Below are positions 20,833-33,619 of a DNA stretch of 64,000 nucleotides, in pieces; the first letter of the stretch is position 1, and each line of letters begins with the position of its first letter. Position numbers and translations under genes: made by a program. The notes under the pieces were generated by a model that ran no database searches, was not told the origin of the DNA, and saw nothing but the letters and a program-made list of their open reading frames with translations. The stretch comes from Callorhinchus milii (Eukaryota), in assembly GCF_018977255.1 (NCBI RefSeq), contig NW_024704743.1, forward strand, positions 88,290,001-88,354,000, in the 5' to 3' direction.

Positions 20833-21270
20833 TTGAGAGGGGATTTATAGGTAAGGTTGAGGATGTTAAAGTCAATTTATTGGGAGATGGGAAACAGTGG
20901 AGCTGGGCACGGATTAGAGTGATGGACATACAGTGTTTGGTGCAGGTGATAATGTGGGCAGGGGAGGTGTGCATGAGCTTGTGGATTGTGGGTTGAGGGA
21001 GACCAGAGAGGAGAACTTGAATCAAAATGTAACAAAGGTATGAATCAAGGTTTTGGTGGCATTTTCTGCGAGATAGAGGTGGAGGCAGCCAATGTAGTGA
21101 AGATGAAGAAAAGCGGCCTTAGATAAGGCCTGAATGTGAGAAAGGAAGGAGAGCTGAGGATTGAACTGAAAACCACTGGTTCATTGAGTTTATAAAAAAG
21201 TCGAGGGAGGTTAAGGCGGTGCCTGGCTTTCATCTTGTTTATGATGAAAGAAATTGAGGCTCATCCAGAT
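20833..21270 (-). mobile_element. L2 ORF2 fragment, opposite orientation
   Basis: KTLIHTFVT, LLSGLPQPTIHKL and AQLHCFP-like segments. Confidence 0.7.
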
Positions 21271-22759
21271 TACAGACAATTATGCATTTAAAAACATATG
21301 ATTGTGTAAAGAATCATAAACTTTAACTAAAATTGTAAAAAAAATAGATAAAAACTAATGTTAGAATAGAAGGTTAATTCATGCCTTATCTCCACAAGCC
21401 TCTTGCGATTGCTCTTGCATTATAGTATCTGCATTAATAACACACACCTGCATATACATCTCAGGTGTCCAAATATTTGAACGTAACATATGGTCTATGC
21501 AGGCTCTAAACAGCATGCGAATGATGGAGTGTATTTTCATCTTCCACCAAGTATCCTGTTGGAGAATGTAAATCCTGTTTTCCTCAGTTACTGGGGTTTA
21601 CAAAAGTGGATTTCGGAGGATAACTTCGGATGATTTGAAAATTCTAGAAAAGTGAAAACATTTGTTCCATAGAAACGTGTAAGAATATAGAAAATTAGGT
21701 TCTTGTGTTTCTGTTGATTTAATGAACAGGATTGTTGGCCGAGTAATAAAACAAACCATTAGACAGTTTCTAATCATGCTGCTAGTATGACTCGTACGAT
21801 AGAAGTCATAAAGACGAATGGGAGGGTGTGGAAGGCTAAACCAACATGGGAAGGTCTGCAAAGCAGCTGCCATGTTATGAGAGAGCTGGATCTGGTTTGC
21901 ATTAATGGATTCCAGCTTTCATTTCCTAAATAAAATAGAAATATCTTCACTGAATCTCTAAAGGCCATGTGTCTGTGGCAAACGTTTTTCTCACAGAACA
22001 TAGTTTTGTGATTGAGAATATAATTAAAGGTATTACAGAATGATTTCCACTGCATAAAGTGAAGCATCTTGAACAGTGCTATTCAATGTACAAAAGCCAT
22101 GTTTGAAGGTTATGGTGGTAAGACATTACACTGGGTGACATTGAAGAAGCAGAGAGTTAGTTCGCCTCCAGCATTATTGTGCAGCAGAGGTTACTGTGCA
22201 ATAAATTTTTAAAAATAATCAGGAAACTACAGCAATATTTGTTTTATTATCTTCTTTTGCTATCATTACATGTAAGAGCTTCAAATTGTTCATCAACTCA
22301 GCAAATCCCTTCCTGGATAAATGCTCTTAGCAATTTAAATATTCAGAATAATGTGCGGGTGTATATATAGCATATGGTTGCACAGGAGTGGCTACAAGCC
22401 AGTAATCTAATCTAAAAATTCAGATGATATCAGAATCACATCAGTGAAGACGTTTTTTACTAGTCACCTAGAATCCGAGGTTTGCATTACAACTGTAAAA
22501 TCCTGTCTCATATTATAGTTGTATATCATATGTGGAGTGATAGCCTGTTTGGTTTAGGTTTTAGTGTAAGACAGACTATTAAAATGGCCAAGTCCCCAAA
22601 AGTCACTGTCTGAAGAAGATTAATGATTGTAAAATAATTATGGCACTGGTTTATCAATAAATACTTTAATGATTGTGAAATTCCATATCCAGAATATATT
22701 AACAGATAACTGTGTACATTCCATATAAATTAGATACACGTGTGCGCTGATATGTGCAT

Positions 22760-23129
22760 AACAACAACAACAACAAAATTACATTTATAGAGCGCCTTTC
22801 ACGTCGGGAGGATGTCCCAAGGCGCTGGACAGTCAGGGGTCAGGACCCGAGCATGGGGGAGGAATGGGGTAGGGGTGAGGGAAAGCAGAGAGGTGGGAGG
22901 GCGACTGAAGGCACAATCGAAGAAGAGACCTTGAGACTGGCCTTGAAGGAGGCGAGGGAGGAAGTGAAGCGAAGGGACTGTAGGATGGAGTTCCAGAGTG
23001 TGGGAGTAGAGAGGCTAAAAGCCCGGCCACCAATGGTAGGGCGGGTCGGGCAGGAGACAAGGAGCAGGCTGGAACCCGCTGGTTGGTAGGGAGTCAGCAG
23101 GTCAGAGAGGTAGGAAGAGGCAAGACCAT
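22760..23129 (-). mobile_element. L2 3' end (tail type A)
   Basis: (AAC)n then AGCGCCTTTCACGTCGGGAGGATGTCCCAAGGCGCT. Confidence 0.9.
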
Positions 23130-24472
23130 CGATAACTATTACTAATACATATTAATCATAACTAAACAAAACTTTTTTGTTTTTTTGTAAAAAACAATGA
23201 AATCCATGGGGGCCAAGTAACATCAATGAAGATTTATCAAACTAACTCAATGTACAATGAATGAAGCCAGACTCGATTTATATATACTGTGCCAAATTAA
23301 ATAGATAATATTATGGATTCCATTATCTCTGTCCAACCTTTCAGTTTCAATTAGTCAAGCAATATAGCAAATGAAACCTGAGCAGCAACTAAAGATTTAA
23401 AGGCCTTTTAATATCATCCTCCATTTTGCTATTGTTAAGTTCAATATATATTACGCCTTGCATTACATAACTAAGCACTGTCATTAGCTCAGCAATTGCC
23501 ACTGAAAACAAATATTCACACGCCAAATCGTTGCTGCTAATTTTACATTTTTAGCTCATAAAACATTTTGAAGTTCATTACATTTCCAAATTGTTTCACT
23601 CTCTACTCACTGCTTATTCACTCATTACATTTCACTCTCTGCCTAAAGCCTGAGTGGAATCTGCCTGTTTTATCGCAACAGGGTTTTCAAATGGCTTCTG
23701 TAAAGTAAACGTTTGCGTTGACATAAATTTGGATTATATGTGTCATGCTCCGAGTGTGCATTATTTAAGTGCACCTCAATCTTCCGATGCCACAAATTGA
23801 TGACATTAATCTTGCCCTATGGAAAGTTAATGCAGATATATAATTAACTGTTACAACCGGACTTGTAGCAGGTGCCTTATGTCATTCATCATAAAAATGC
23901 ACTTTAGCCAAAGAGAAGTAAAACCATTTTATGTCCATTAACAGCTGACCTCACAGCCTGGAGCAGCAGTACTGGGTCCTATTGCATATCTCAATGCTTT
24001 TATTATGTTTGCTTGATTATAGCAAACCACAATTGCCTTGATGTGCATTATTATCATAGGATTTAAGTGGATTTCTTCTTTTTTCCTTCAGCAAAAATAA
24101 ATAACTGGTTATATTTCTACTACAGCTTTTAACTTTGAATAAATAAAATATAGTACAACTTTACTGCAATTGTCTAAAGGAATTGCAAGACCATCCCTGT
24201 GGAAAGTCAATGCAGATATATAATTAGGAAACATGAAGTGAGGTTAAGCTGAGCATTGGCTTACAGTTGACCTCCAGTTTGATGGTGCAATGCATTAGCT
24301 AGTTCATTTTCATAATGTAATCACACTGTGAATGTATCTTTCTACACTTGCAGTGGAACGGATGATTATCAGACTGCTAAAATACGATGGGTTAATATGA
24401 TGGGATGACCAAAAATAATTGTTATCCCCCAAGAATACAGACACAGTCCCACATAACCATTCTCATTTGATA

Positions 24473-25060
24473 CAATAACAATAATAATTCTTGCAATTGA
24501 TATAGCACCTTATTGTGTTGTCAAAATATCTAAGAACATTTCACAGGATTTTACTGTAAAGTGTCGTGACGATCTATTTATAGGAGAATTTGGGAGCCAA
24601 TTTGCACACAGCAGTGTGCCATTAATAACCATGAAATCAATAACTAATATTACATGGGCGACCCTGGGAGAAACTCCCTTCTCTTTTCAAGTAGTACCAC
24701 AAGATCTTTAACATCCACCTGAACAGGCAATTGAGATCTTTGGTTTAATGTCTCATTTAAAGGATGTCATCTCAGACAATGCAGTGCTTCCCCAGCGCAG
24801 CACAGGAGTGTCAGTCTCGACAAGTGGTGGCCAGTCTTTTTGATCGGACAACAAAATAAATGATCATGATTGGATATTTCTTGATTGATGCCATAAATCA
24901 AGAAATATTCAATCACAAAATCCTGGAAACATACTACCGATCAAACATGGACTTACCCAGAATAGTGTGAATGTTCGGGATGGGGGCATAGTTTGGGCCG
25001 CACTGATCTAGACAATGAGCTCAAAGTCCTGACACAAGCCTTGAACTCACAACCTCTAAG
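24473..25060 (-). mobile_element. DeuSINE interrupted by a hAT MITE
   Basis: Tail and Deu domain at 24473-24821; head remnant CTTGAACTCACAACC after 25006. Confidence 0.75.
24822..25005. mobile_element. hAT/Charlie-type MITE, 184 bp
   Basis: Ends AAGTGGTGGCC and GGCCGCACTG; 8-bp flanks GTCTCGAC and ATCTAGAC (NTCTAGAN-type TSD); internal 20-bp hairpin. Confidence 0.75.
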
Positions 25061-25794
25061 GTGAAAGTCAATGGATTTATGGATTTAATTAATTATAGTG
25101 CCATCCTGAATGTTCAAAATCTGCCATCCAAAAATACTACAGAGGACAAGCAAGGAGGAGCAACATTGATCTGTTTCCCCATTGAAATGTCACAATTACC
25201 ACAGTATCACCACCAATGTGGCTTTCTGTAAACAAGAAATTGGGGATGAGGGGACACCTTGTTTCATTACCTTATCATTACATAACACCATAAGAAAGGG
25301 AAAGTGGCTCCACTGAAGGAAGTTATTTATATACAGTTTATTTTGTATTATGTTTGCGAGAGTTTGCGAATATCAACATTTGCCAGACTACCTTAACTAA
25401 CCGCAGCCAAGAAGAATTTAACAGAGCTGCACAATGAACTATTTTCACACCTAGGCTGGGCTGTGAAATGTCACTTTATTAACCTGTCAGCAATCATAGC
25501 CACTGATTTTAGTCTTTAATCCCTTCTTATCTATTTTATAAAATATCTACATGTATGTTTCCACTTCTTCAACTTCCTCAATCTGCTTTAGAATGTACTT
25601 GTAATTGTACTTCTTTCCTTTATATTTGATTTGTAACTCTCCTCACCAGCCTCCATGAAAGGTGCAATTCATCTGAAAGTTGCTTTTCTTTCATAAATCA
25701 GTTTTTCTTTCATATCAGTTTAATATTATTTGCTTATTTGGTAGATTGGTCATAAGAACTCTTTACCATTTATCCATGCTGGGTTTATATTCCC

Positions 25795-25932
25795 ATCCTG
25801 TCTGTTTGTCTGGTTGCAAGTTGGCTGCTGCACTGCCAACAAAATACACTTTACAGCCAATCTGTGTTTTGAGACATCCTCCTGACCTGAAAGATCCTTA
25901 TCAAATGCAAATTTTGTTTGATTGTTATTGTT
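25795..25932 (+). mobile_element. SINE 3' part, old
   Basis: TTGGCTGCTGCA...TTTGAGACATCCTCCTGACCTGAAAG...TATCAAATGCAA. Confidence 0.65.
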
Positions 25933-26450
25933 TCTGAGAAGTACAGTACTTCCAGTTACTGGAAGGTGTTCCCATCTGCGACTTGGCATCTTTATTCAGG
26001 AATTATTATTGCATGAATCATGAATTGCTGTAATTTGGACATAAATTGCTACATTCCCACAACGATCCTCAGAAAATCTTTGGGACCATTCTCCACCCAG
26101 TCCACAATTGAGTCATATTTAGGTCCAATATAATTGGGCAACTGGCCAAAACAAAGCAATAAACTACGCAAGTCATCCTCACCTATATTTCAAAAAACAC
26201 TTGTACCTCTCCCATCTAATCCTCGGAGATTCAAGAAGAGATATACATGTCTTTTAAGACAACTGCTGCACAAGAACAATGGACAAAACCGAGATGTGGC
26301 AAAACATCTGTGGCACATAATTGTAGCACATATTCAAAATGTCTCCACTAATATTCATTACTTTTGCTTATGATTGTGTGCTACTTGGCAAGAAATGCAG
26401 AGGTTTATTCTGTGCTCACTGTGAAAATTATTCACCGATCCAATGTTAGT

Positions 26451-26759
26451 ATAATAATAATCCTTGCATTTGATATAGTGCTTTTCATGTCTTCTAGACA
26501 TCTCAAAGAGCTTCACAGATTATACTGTAAAGTGAATTGACTGTATATTTGTGGGCGCAACGTGGCAGCCAATTGCACACAGCAGTGTCCCACAAACAGT
26601 CGTGGATTGAAGTAACCAATTTTATTATTTTTTTTCTTGAGGGATTATTATCAGGCATGTGGAGTAAGGAAACTTGCCCAAGGTTTTGCCTTGCCATGTA
26701 TCAAACCCAGGTCTCTTCGCTTGTGAGGTGAGTGCTCTAACCACTGAACTACAGGACTC
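26451..26759 (-). mobile_element. tRNA-derived SINE, short variant, full length
   Basis: Colinear with 5522-5841. Confidence 0.92.
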
Positions 26760-28335
26760 CTGTATAGCTGTATAGCATATATACTGTGGTATACTATGCT
26801 ATACATAGTAGTTTCATACAGTGCTTATTATAATCATATATTATCTGTTATGCCTGCTTACAGTTATATTCAATTATATATATATATTGTGGTGCAGCAC
26901 GTATGTATGTCTGCCTTTCTGTCAGGCATGCTATGGAAGGATTTGGTTTAATTGACTTCCTGTTACATTATCATCTGTATCCAATTAAACTCATAGTCAT
27001 GTGCTGTTGATTATAATGTAAAATGTTACTGCCATGTGCAGAGAATTCTGTGTTCTCTTGCACCTGCATACCATAAGTTGTGCAGTCCACAATTTGGGAA
27101 AACATGTGGGTCTAAGTTGTGCAGAGCTGGCACACATCAATGCTACTGTCACTGTAAATGAGAAACATTTATTGCAGTGTCCGACAGTTAAATCTCAAAC
27201 TGTGTCTATGGGATGTGCTCTCATGATCTGCTTCCATTTTGTGCTGTTGCCTCAGAATGAACTGCTGTTGCACATCAGGACACCACGTCTGCTGACTTTG
27301 CAGCCAGCTGGGAGCGATTGAGCTGCAAACCAACAAAGCCGTAGAGGGACAAGCCCTGATTCACAGTCAGAATTCACTGATTCAAACATTCCATTTTACG
27401 ACTTGCAAATATAAGAGTAAAATATACCCCTCCAAGTTTATTTGCGCATGGTTCTACTCAATGTAAGCATTTAAGATCATTGAAATTTGTGGGGGGAAAA
27501 AGGATTCATTTCTGTGCTGCTTTGTGATTGATCTGAATGGTTTCATCAAGCCGAGGGAATGTTGGATGTTTCAGATATTCTGAGTGCACTGCAAGCAATT
27601 AGCCAGTTTAGCCAAGTTTCTTTTATCCATTTACCCACTTTTTTTCTGGGAAAGGGCAAAGCGGAGCCCAATGGCAGCCTACAGGACGCACTCTTGGAGT
27701 CTGAGCCTCAGAAATATTTAAACGTTTCCTCCACCACTGGAATGATAAAATCTTGCTGATAATCATCTTTCCAGATGTTACTCAATAGAAAACATGTGGA
27801 CAGCTTGAGAATTGTAAAGAACATTCAGTACTGAAAGATTGAATAGGAATAATGGTATTTCATTATGAATGTACGATTCATACTTCTTGGAAATCCTAGT
27901 GTTTTTTTTAGTTTTTTTAAAATTAATCACATTTGATATCTAATGAATGGGAAAAAAAGAAGCTGGATTTCATTACCAAATCCTTAAAGAAGTAGAATCA
28001 TCTGCAGTAATATCCTAAGGCATTTTTCTAACATTAATCTTGTTTAGTTCAGGATATCATCCATATATAAAACAAATGTTGAAGTGGAGCATCATGCAAT
28101 GTTACTCATATAGCTGCTGATGTTGGATACAATATATGTGACATGAAAAATTGTTGCAGGGATACTTTCTCTATCAAATATTTATGGAAATTATGAAATA
28201 CAGATGAGCTTTGACTCCTTTTGTAAATAAACCTACTGATTTATGTCTTGTCTGTAATTCAGTACTCACAGAGGATGGTTGTTGGCCGTTTAGCTCGTTC
28301 GTAGAATCCAACTTCAGGAAAGATTTAGCTCTTCC

Positions 28336-29435
28336 AACAACAACAACTTGCATTTATATAGCACCCTTCATGTGGGGTAGCGTCCCGGAATGCTTCACAG
28401 TGGCGGAATCTGATACCGGGTCAGGGGACAGGTGACCGTAAGCACGATCAAAAAGGAAGGTCTTTAGGTGGAATTTGAAGATGGAGAGGGAGGGGGTTAG
28501 GCGGAGGGATTGAGGGAGAGAGTTCCAGAGTTTTGGGGTGTAGTGGCTGAAGATACAGCCGCCGATGGCGGAGCAGAGGGGACGCAAGACAAACAAGAAG
28601 CTGCAGCCAGTCGAGTGGAGGAATGTTAACCCCATGTCTGCGGATGACATCTCCAAGAGGGAACACATAGATAAGGAAAAGGGGGGTGGGTGGCCAAGAA
28701 TCGAGACTTGGGGTACCCCGCAGGTCACCGGCCAGGAATGGGAGGAAAAACCATTTGCTAAGATGTATTGTTGGCGGATTGTTAAGTAAGGTTCGAACTG
28801 TGCAAGTGTGGTCCCACTAAGGTGGATGTGGGAGGAGAGGCAGTGGACGAGGATGGTGTGATTGGCTGTATCGAATGAGGTGGGGAGGTCCAGGAGAGGA
28901 ACCAAAGGGAGCCCTTTTCATTTGTTACTTTGACAAGCTCTGTCTCTGTTCTGAGGCCAGGGCTGGTGGGCTTCAAGAGTGGGAGTGGAGGGAGAGGTGT
29001 GATTGACGTTGATTTGTAATGATGCATTCCAAAACTTTGGGCAGGAAGGGCAGGATTGATATGGGTCTCAAACCGATGTTGAATGGTTTGGAGGAGGGGA
29101 GGGTAGTGTAAGAGGAGAAGGCGATGAGCTGTTAAAAAATCAACTCCTCAACCTTCAACTCCTTTGTCTGTCATGGTCAGATCAGAAATGTCTAGGCCAT
29201 GGGTCATGATGAGGTTGAGGGGATGGCCATGGTTGTGGGTTGGGGAGTTTACATGGAGTTTACATGGAGGAATCTCAATTCCCCCTGCCCCATCTCTTCT
29301 GACTTTGGAGTCACTGGGGTATAACCAGATTTCTGTGAGCCCAAGAATATCTATATGCTTTTGTAGGATGAGATAGTTGATTAAAAAAGCTTTATTTGAG
29401 AGGGAGCAGACATTTTGGAGGCCAATGTGAGTGGG
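28336..29435 (-). mobile_element. Multiply deleted L2 (type B tail), EN to 3' end in about 1.1 kb
   Basis: HIGLQNVCSL, LTEIW, GHPLNL, TETELVKVTN, GVPQVSILG and KLWNSLP in order, with large gaps. Confidence 0.8.
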
Positions 29436-29894
29436 AGCTTCCCTACCTAACTTTTTCATCATAGGCTAGTTCACTAAAATGAGAGAATTTCCAAACGTTT
29501 AACCAACCTTTGATGCAGTGACCTGCAGACGATTTGAAATTACCATAACACAATGAGTGCAAACAATTACCATTCTATCTCACTGAAAGAATTAGGGGTA
29601 CTTTTTGTGTTGTGTCGATATGTTGATATGTCAATTAACTCCTATGTGTAATATAATACTAGCAAACAATTTAGAGACTCGTGATATTTATCACATCGAA
29701 GGTATATTAACATCACATTGTTATTGCGATCAAGTCCTATCAATTACTAAAGACTAGGCCACTTGGATGTGACTTATTACCCAACTTCAGCCCAATGGAT
29801 GGGTCTGAAACCTTCATATATAGTTATTGTATGTATGTATGTATATATATAGTATACATTTTATTATATGTTAGACATATTATAAAATATATAC

Positions 29895-30175
29895 CACCGC
29901 CTCTCCTCTCACCTCAACCTTCAAGGTTCTATTCTTGACTGAGTGGTTCAAGGCTTATCTCTCACTCCGCCTTCAATTTGTCTCCGCCAACGGTTTCTCT
30001 TCCAGCCCCGCACAGTCTTGTTTGGTGTTCCTCAGGACTCTGTCCTCGGTCCCCTTCTCTTCAACCTCTACTTGCTCCCCTTTGGTGACAACATCCGCAG
30101 ACATGGGGTCAACTTCCACATGTGCGCAGATAACACCCGACTCTATCTCTCTGCCTCCACCCTTGATTCCAGGAC
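29895..30175 (+). mobile_element. L2 RT fragment (5' part of an interrupted copy)
   Basis: [13 protein letters not shown] and HMCADNT. Confidence 0.88.
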
Positions 30176-33100
30176 AACAACAAAATTACATTTATAGAGC
30201 GCCTTTCATGTCGGGAGGACGTCCCAAAGCGCTGAACAGTCAGGTGTCGGGGCCCGAGCATGGGGGAGGGGTGGTGTAGGGTTGAGGGAAGGCAAAGAGG
30301 AGGGAGGGAGACCAAAGGCACAGTCAAAGAGAAGGGTCTTGAGACTGGCCTTGAAGGAGGCAAGGAAGGAAGTGAGGCGAAGGGACCGTGGGATGGAGTT
30401 ACAAAATGTGGGGGCAGAGAGGCTGAAAGCCTGGCCACCGATGGTAGGGCAGGTAAGGCAGGAGACATGGAACAGACCGGAGCCTGCTGAACGGAGGGAG
30501 CGGGCAGGTTGGTAGGGAGTTAGCAGGTCAGAGAGGTAGGAGGGGGCAAGGCCATGGATGGGTGAGGACGAGGATCTTGAACTCGATCCTCTGGGGGATC
30601 AGGAGCCAGTGGAGTCGGGCAAGGGTGGGAGTGATGGGGTCACGGAGCCTGGTGCATGAAGGTACACGAGCTGCAGAGTTTTGGATGATCTGCAGCTTGT
30701 GAAGGGAAGAGTTGGGAAGGCCGATGAGGAGGGAGTTCCCGTAATCAAGTCTTGAGGTGACGAATGCATGGGTAAGGGTTTCGGCAGCCTGAGGGGTGAG
30801 GCAGTGGCGGAGTCTGGCAATATTGTGGAGGTGGTGGTAGTCAGCGCCGGTCATGGCGCGGATGTGGGGGTGAAAGGACAGTTCAGGGTCAAACAAGATA
30901 CCCAGATTCCTGACTGGCTTAGTGAGGTTGAATGTGCAGCCGTGGAGGCTGATGCTGCCAGTGTCTGAAGTGCGAGCCAATCAGGAAGGCCTCGGTCTTG
31001 CTGACGTTGAGTTGGAGAAAGTTGGCCCTCGTCCAGGACTTGATGTCGGACAGGCAGTCGGCCAAGACGCCAATAGTCCTGGAATTCAGGGTGGAAGCAG
31101 AGAGGTAGAGTTAGGTGTCATCCGCATACATGTGGAAATTTACCCCATGACTGCGGATGACGTCACCAAGGGGGAGCATGTAGAAGATGAAGAGGAGGGG
31201 ACCGAGGACAGAGACCTGAGGAACACCGCACGAGACAGTGCGGGGGCTGGAGGAGAAGCCGTTTGCCGCGACGAAGTGGAGGCAGTGTGAAAGGTAAGAC
31301 CTGAACCAGTCAAGGACAGAACCTGGAAGGTTAAGGTGAGAGGAGAGGCGGTAGAGGAGAATTGAGTGGTTCATGGTGTCAAAGGCGGCGGAGAGGTCGA
31401 GGAGAACGAGGAGGCAGAGGGAGCCCTGGTCACACATGCTGTGGGCAGCACGGAAACTTGATTGGAGGGGTTCATGGAGGGAGTGAGAGGAGAGGAAAGA
31501 GCGAAGCTGGGAGGCGATGGCTCTCTCAAGGACCTTCCTCAAGGAAGGGGAGATTTGAGCTGGGCCGGTAGCTAAATAACTCTGATGGGTCGAGGGAAAG
31601 TTTCTTCAAAGTGGGGTGATAGTGGCTGTTTTGAGAAAGGAAGGAACAGTGCCAGGTGACAGGGAGAGATTAATGATGTTGGTGAGTAGTGAGGCAAGAA
31701 GGTAGAGCTGGGATTTAAAGATAGGGATAGGAATGGGGTCGAGGGAGCAGGTGGTGGATTTCATGAAGGTTACCGTGTTGAAGACAGAGGAGTGGGTGAC
31801 AGGTTCAAAGGTGTGGAAGGAGGGATGTGTAATTGTCGGATGGGTAATTGTGTGGGGTGGGGGTAGTGAAGGGTTGGAAGTTGGGAGGGCAGTGGCAGCT
31901 GAGCGGATTCCCTCAATTTTGGACTCGAGAAAGTCCATCATTTTCTCGCAGTGAGAGTCAGCGGGAACTATCTGCGAGGCGTGTTGGGGAGGACGGAGGT
32001 GCCGGTTAGTCATGGAGATTGCCTTTCGCCTCCAGGATTAACCTGGAATAGAAGGCTGATTTGGCTGAGACGAGAGCGGAGCGGTAGTTCTTGATGAGGT
32101 TCAGCCATATTTGATATGGCTGAACCTGTAGCTGGATTTGAGCCACATGCATTCAGTAGACTGTACCCGGCCCTTAAGCAAACAGAGGTGGCTGGTGAAC
32201 CAGGGTGATGATCGGGAATAGGAGGCAATTCGGGAGGTGAGGGGGGCAAGGACATCATGTGTGGTGGAGGGAGAAGAGTGTGTGCAGAGAGTGGGTTGTT
32301 GCGAGAGGTGGGCCAGAGGGGGAAGAGATCAGAGGACTCCAGGGCAGCGGAGAGGGATTGATTGCAGGGAGATCTTCTTCCATGGACGGTAGAAGATGGT
32401 GGTAGGTTTGGAGGCAGTGGGGAGAGGGATATGGGAATTGAGGGAGATGAAATGGTGGTCAGAGATGACCTTGTCAGTGATGGTGACATCCGAGACGCTG
32501 AGGCCCCGGGTGATCACCAGGTCGAGCGGGTGACCATGGGTGTGGGTAGCAGAGTGGATGTGGAGGGAGAGGTTGAGAGAGGAGAGGAGAGAGGAGAAAT
32601 CTGAGGAGATGGAGCAGGAGAGAATGAAGTGGAGATTGAAGTCGCCTTGGATGATGAAGCGGTCGGAGCTGAGACAGAGGGAAGCAAGGAGGGTGGATGT
32701 GTCAGAGATGGAGGTGGGAGAGGATTTTGGGGGGCGGTAGAGTAAGAGAATTTTCAGAGACAAGGGGGAGGGATGGCAGAGGGTAAGGTGTTCGAAAGAA
32801 GGGAATGAGCTGGTGGAGTAGGGGGAATAGGGCGAGTGACGCCCTGGATATGAGGGCCACATCACCGCCATGATGGTGGGGCATGGGGCATGGTGGTAGG
32901 TGTAGCCGGGTGGTGTGGTCTCAGTGAGGGGTAAGGTGTCACCTGGGGTGATCCAGGTTTCTGTGAGTGCCATGATGTCAATGTTCTCATCGAGGATGAG
33001 TTCGTTAATGGCCAGGGTTTTGTTGGAGATGCAGCAGACATTTTGAAGTCCAATGCGGAGTGGACAGTTGGCAGGTGGATGTGTGGGATGGGAGGGGTTA

Positions 33101-33540
33101 GTGGAATGGTTGAGAGGGAGGATGGGGATGCAGATGAGGGAGGAGAGGTTAGCCCCCAGGGTCAGGGTCGGGGGTGGCTTGAGGCGGTAGTGGGGAACGG
33201 GGCAGTCGGTGTGGCTGCTGCTGGACAGCCAACGCAGAGTGCCACAATGAGCCCAGCGGAGGATTCCCAGGCTGGAGCAGAGGGAGGCGGTGGGGGGTTC
33301 AAGCAGAGATAGGAGACGGGGAGGACAGAGAGAGAGCAGGACAGAGCAGGAGAGTTGCAGGGAGGGGGGCATTTTGAGGGAGGGCCAGCTCGGGTCGGGG
33401 GCGGCAGCCAAGATGCGCACGGTGGGACAAGAGGCGGCAGGTTTAGCAGGACACTGTCAGCCTGCAGGAGGCTGGGGGGGCCTAGAGTTGGCGCAGAGGT
33501 GGGAGGGCGCTCATTGTGGTTAGCAACGAGCAGCCTGCAG
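30175..33540 (-). mobile_element. Long decayed L2 LINE (EN plus RT, many frameshifts)
   Basis: 363-aa EN ORF at 32329-33420; RT pieces at 31606-32013, 31111-31542 (YADD) and 30528-30980; type A tail. Confidence 0.93.
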
Positions 33541-33564
33541 GGGAAGGACAGGGCAGACAGACAG

Positions 33565-33612
33565 AGGGTGAGAGGGAGGGAGGGAGGAAGGAAGGAAGGG
33601 AGGGAGGGAGGC
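33565..33612. repeat. (GGGA/GGAA)n purine repeat
   Basis: Direct reading. Confidence 0.8.
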
Positions 33613-33619
33613 TGTCAAC

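Noticed and set aside
22570..22665. Second Penelope-like hammerhead (CTGAAGAAG ... AATAAA)
   Set aside because: No GAAA core or pairing helices
27254..27345. Terminal exon after TTGCCTCAG
   Set aside because: Short unrecognised peptides or stops in all frames; no supporting partner exon
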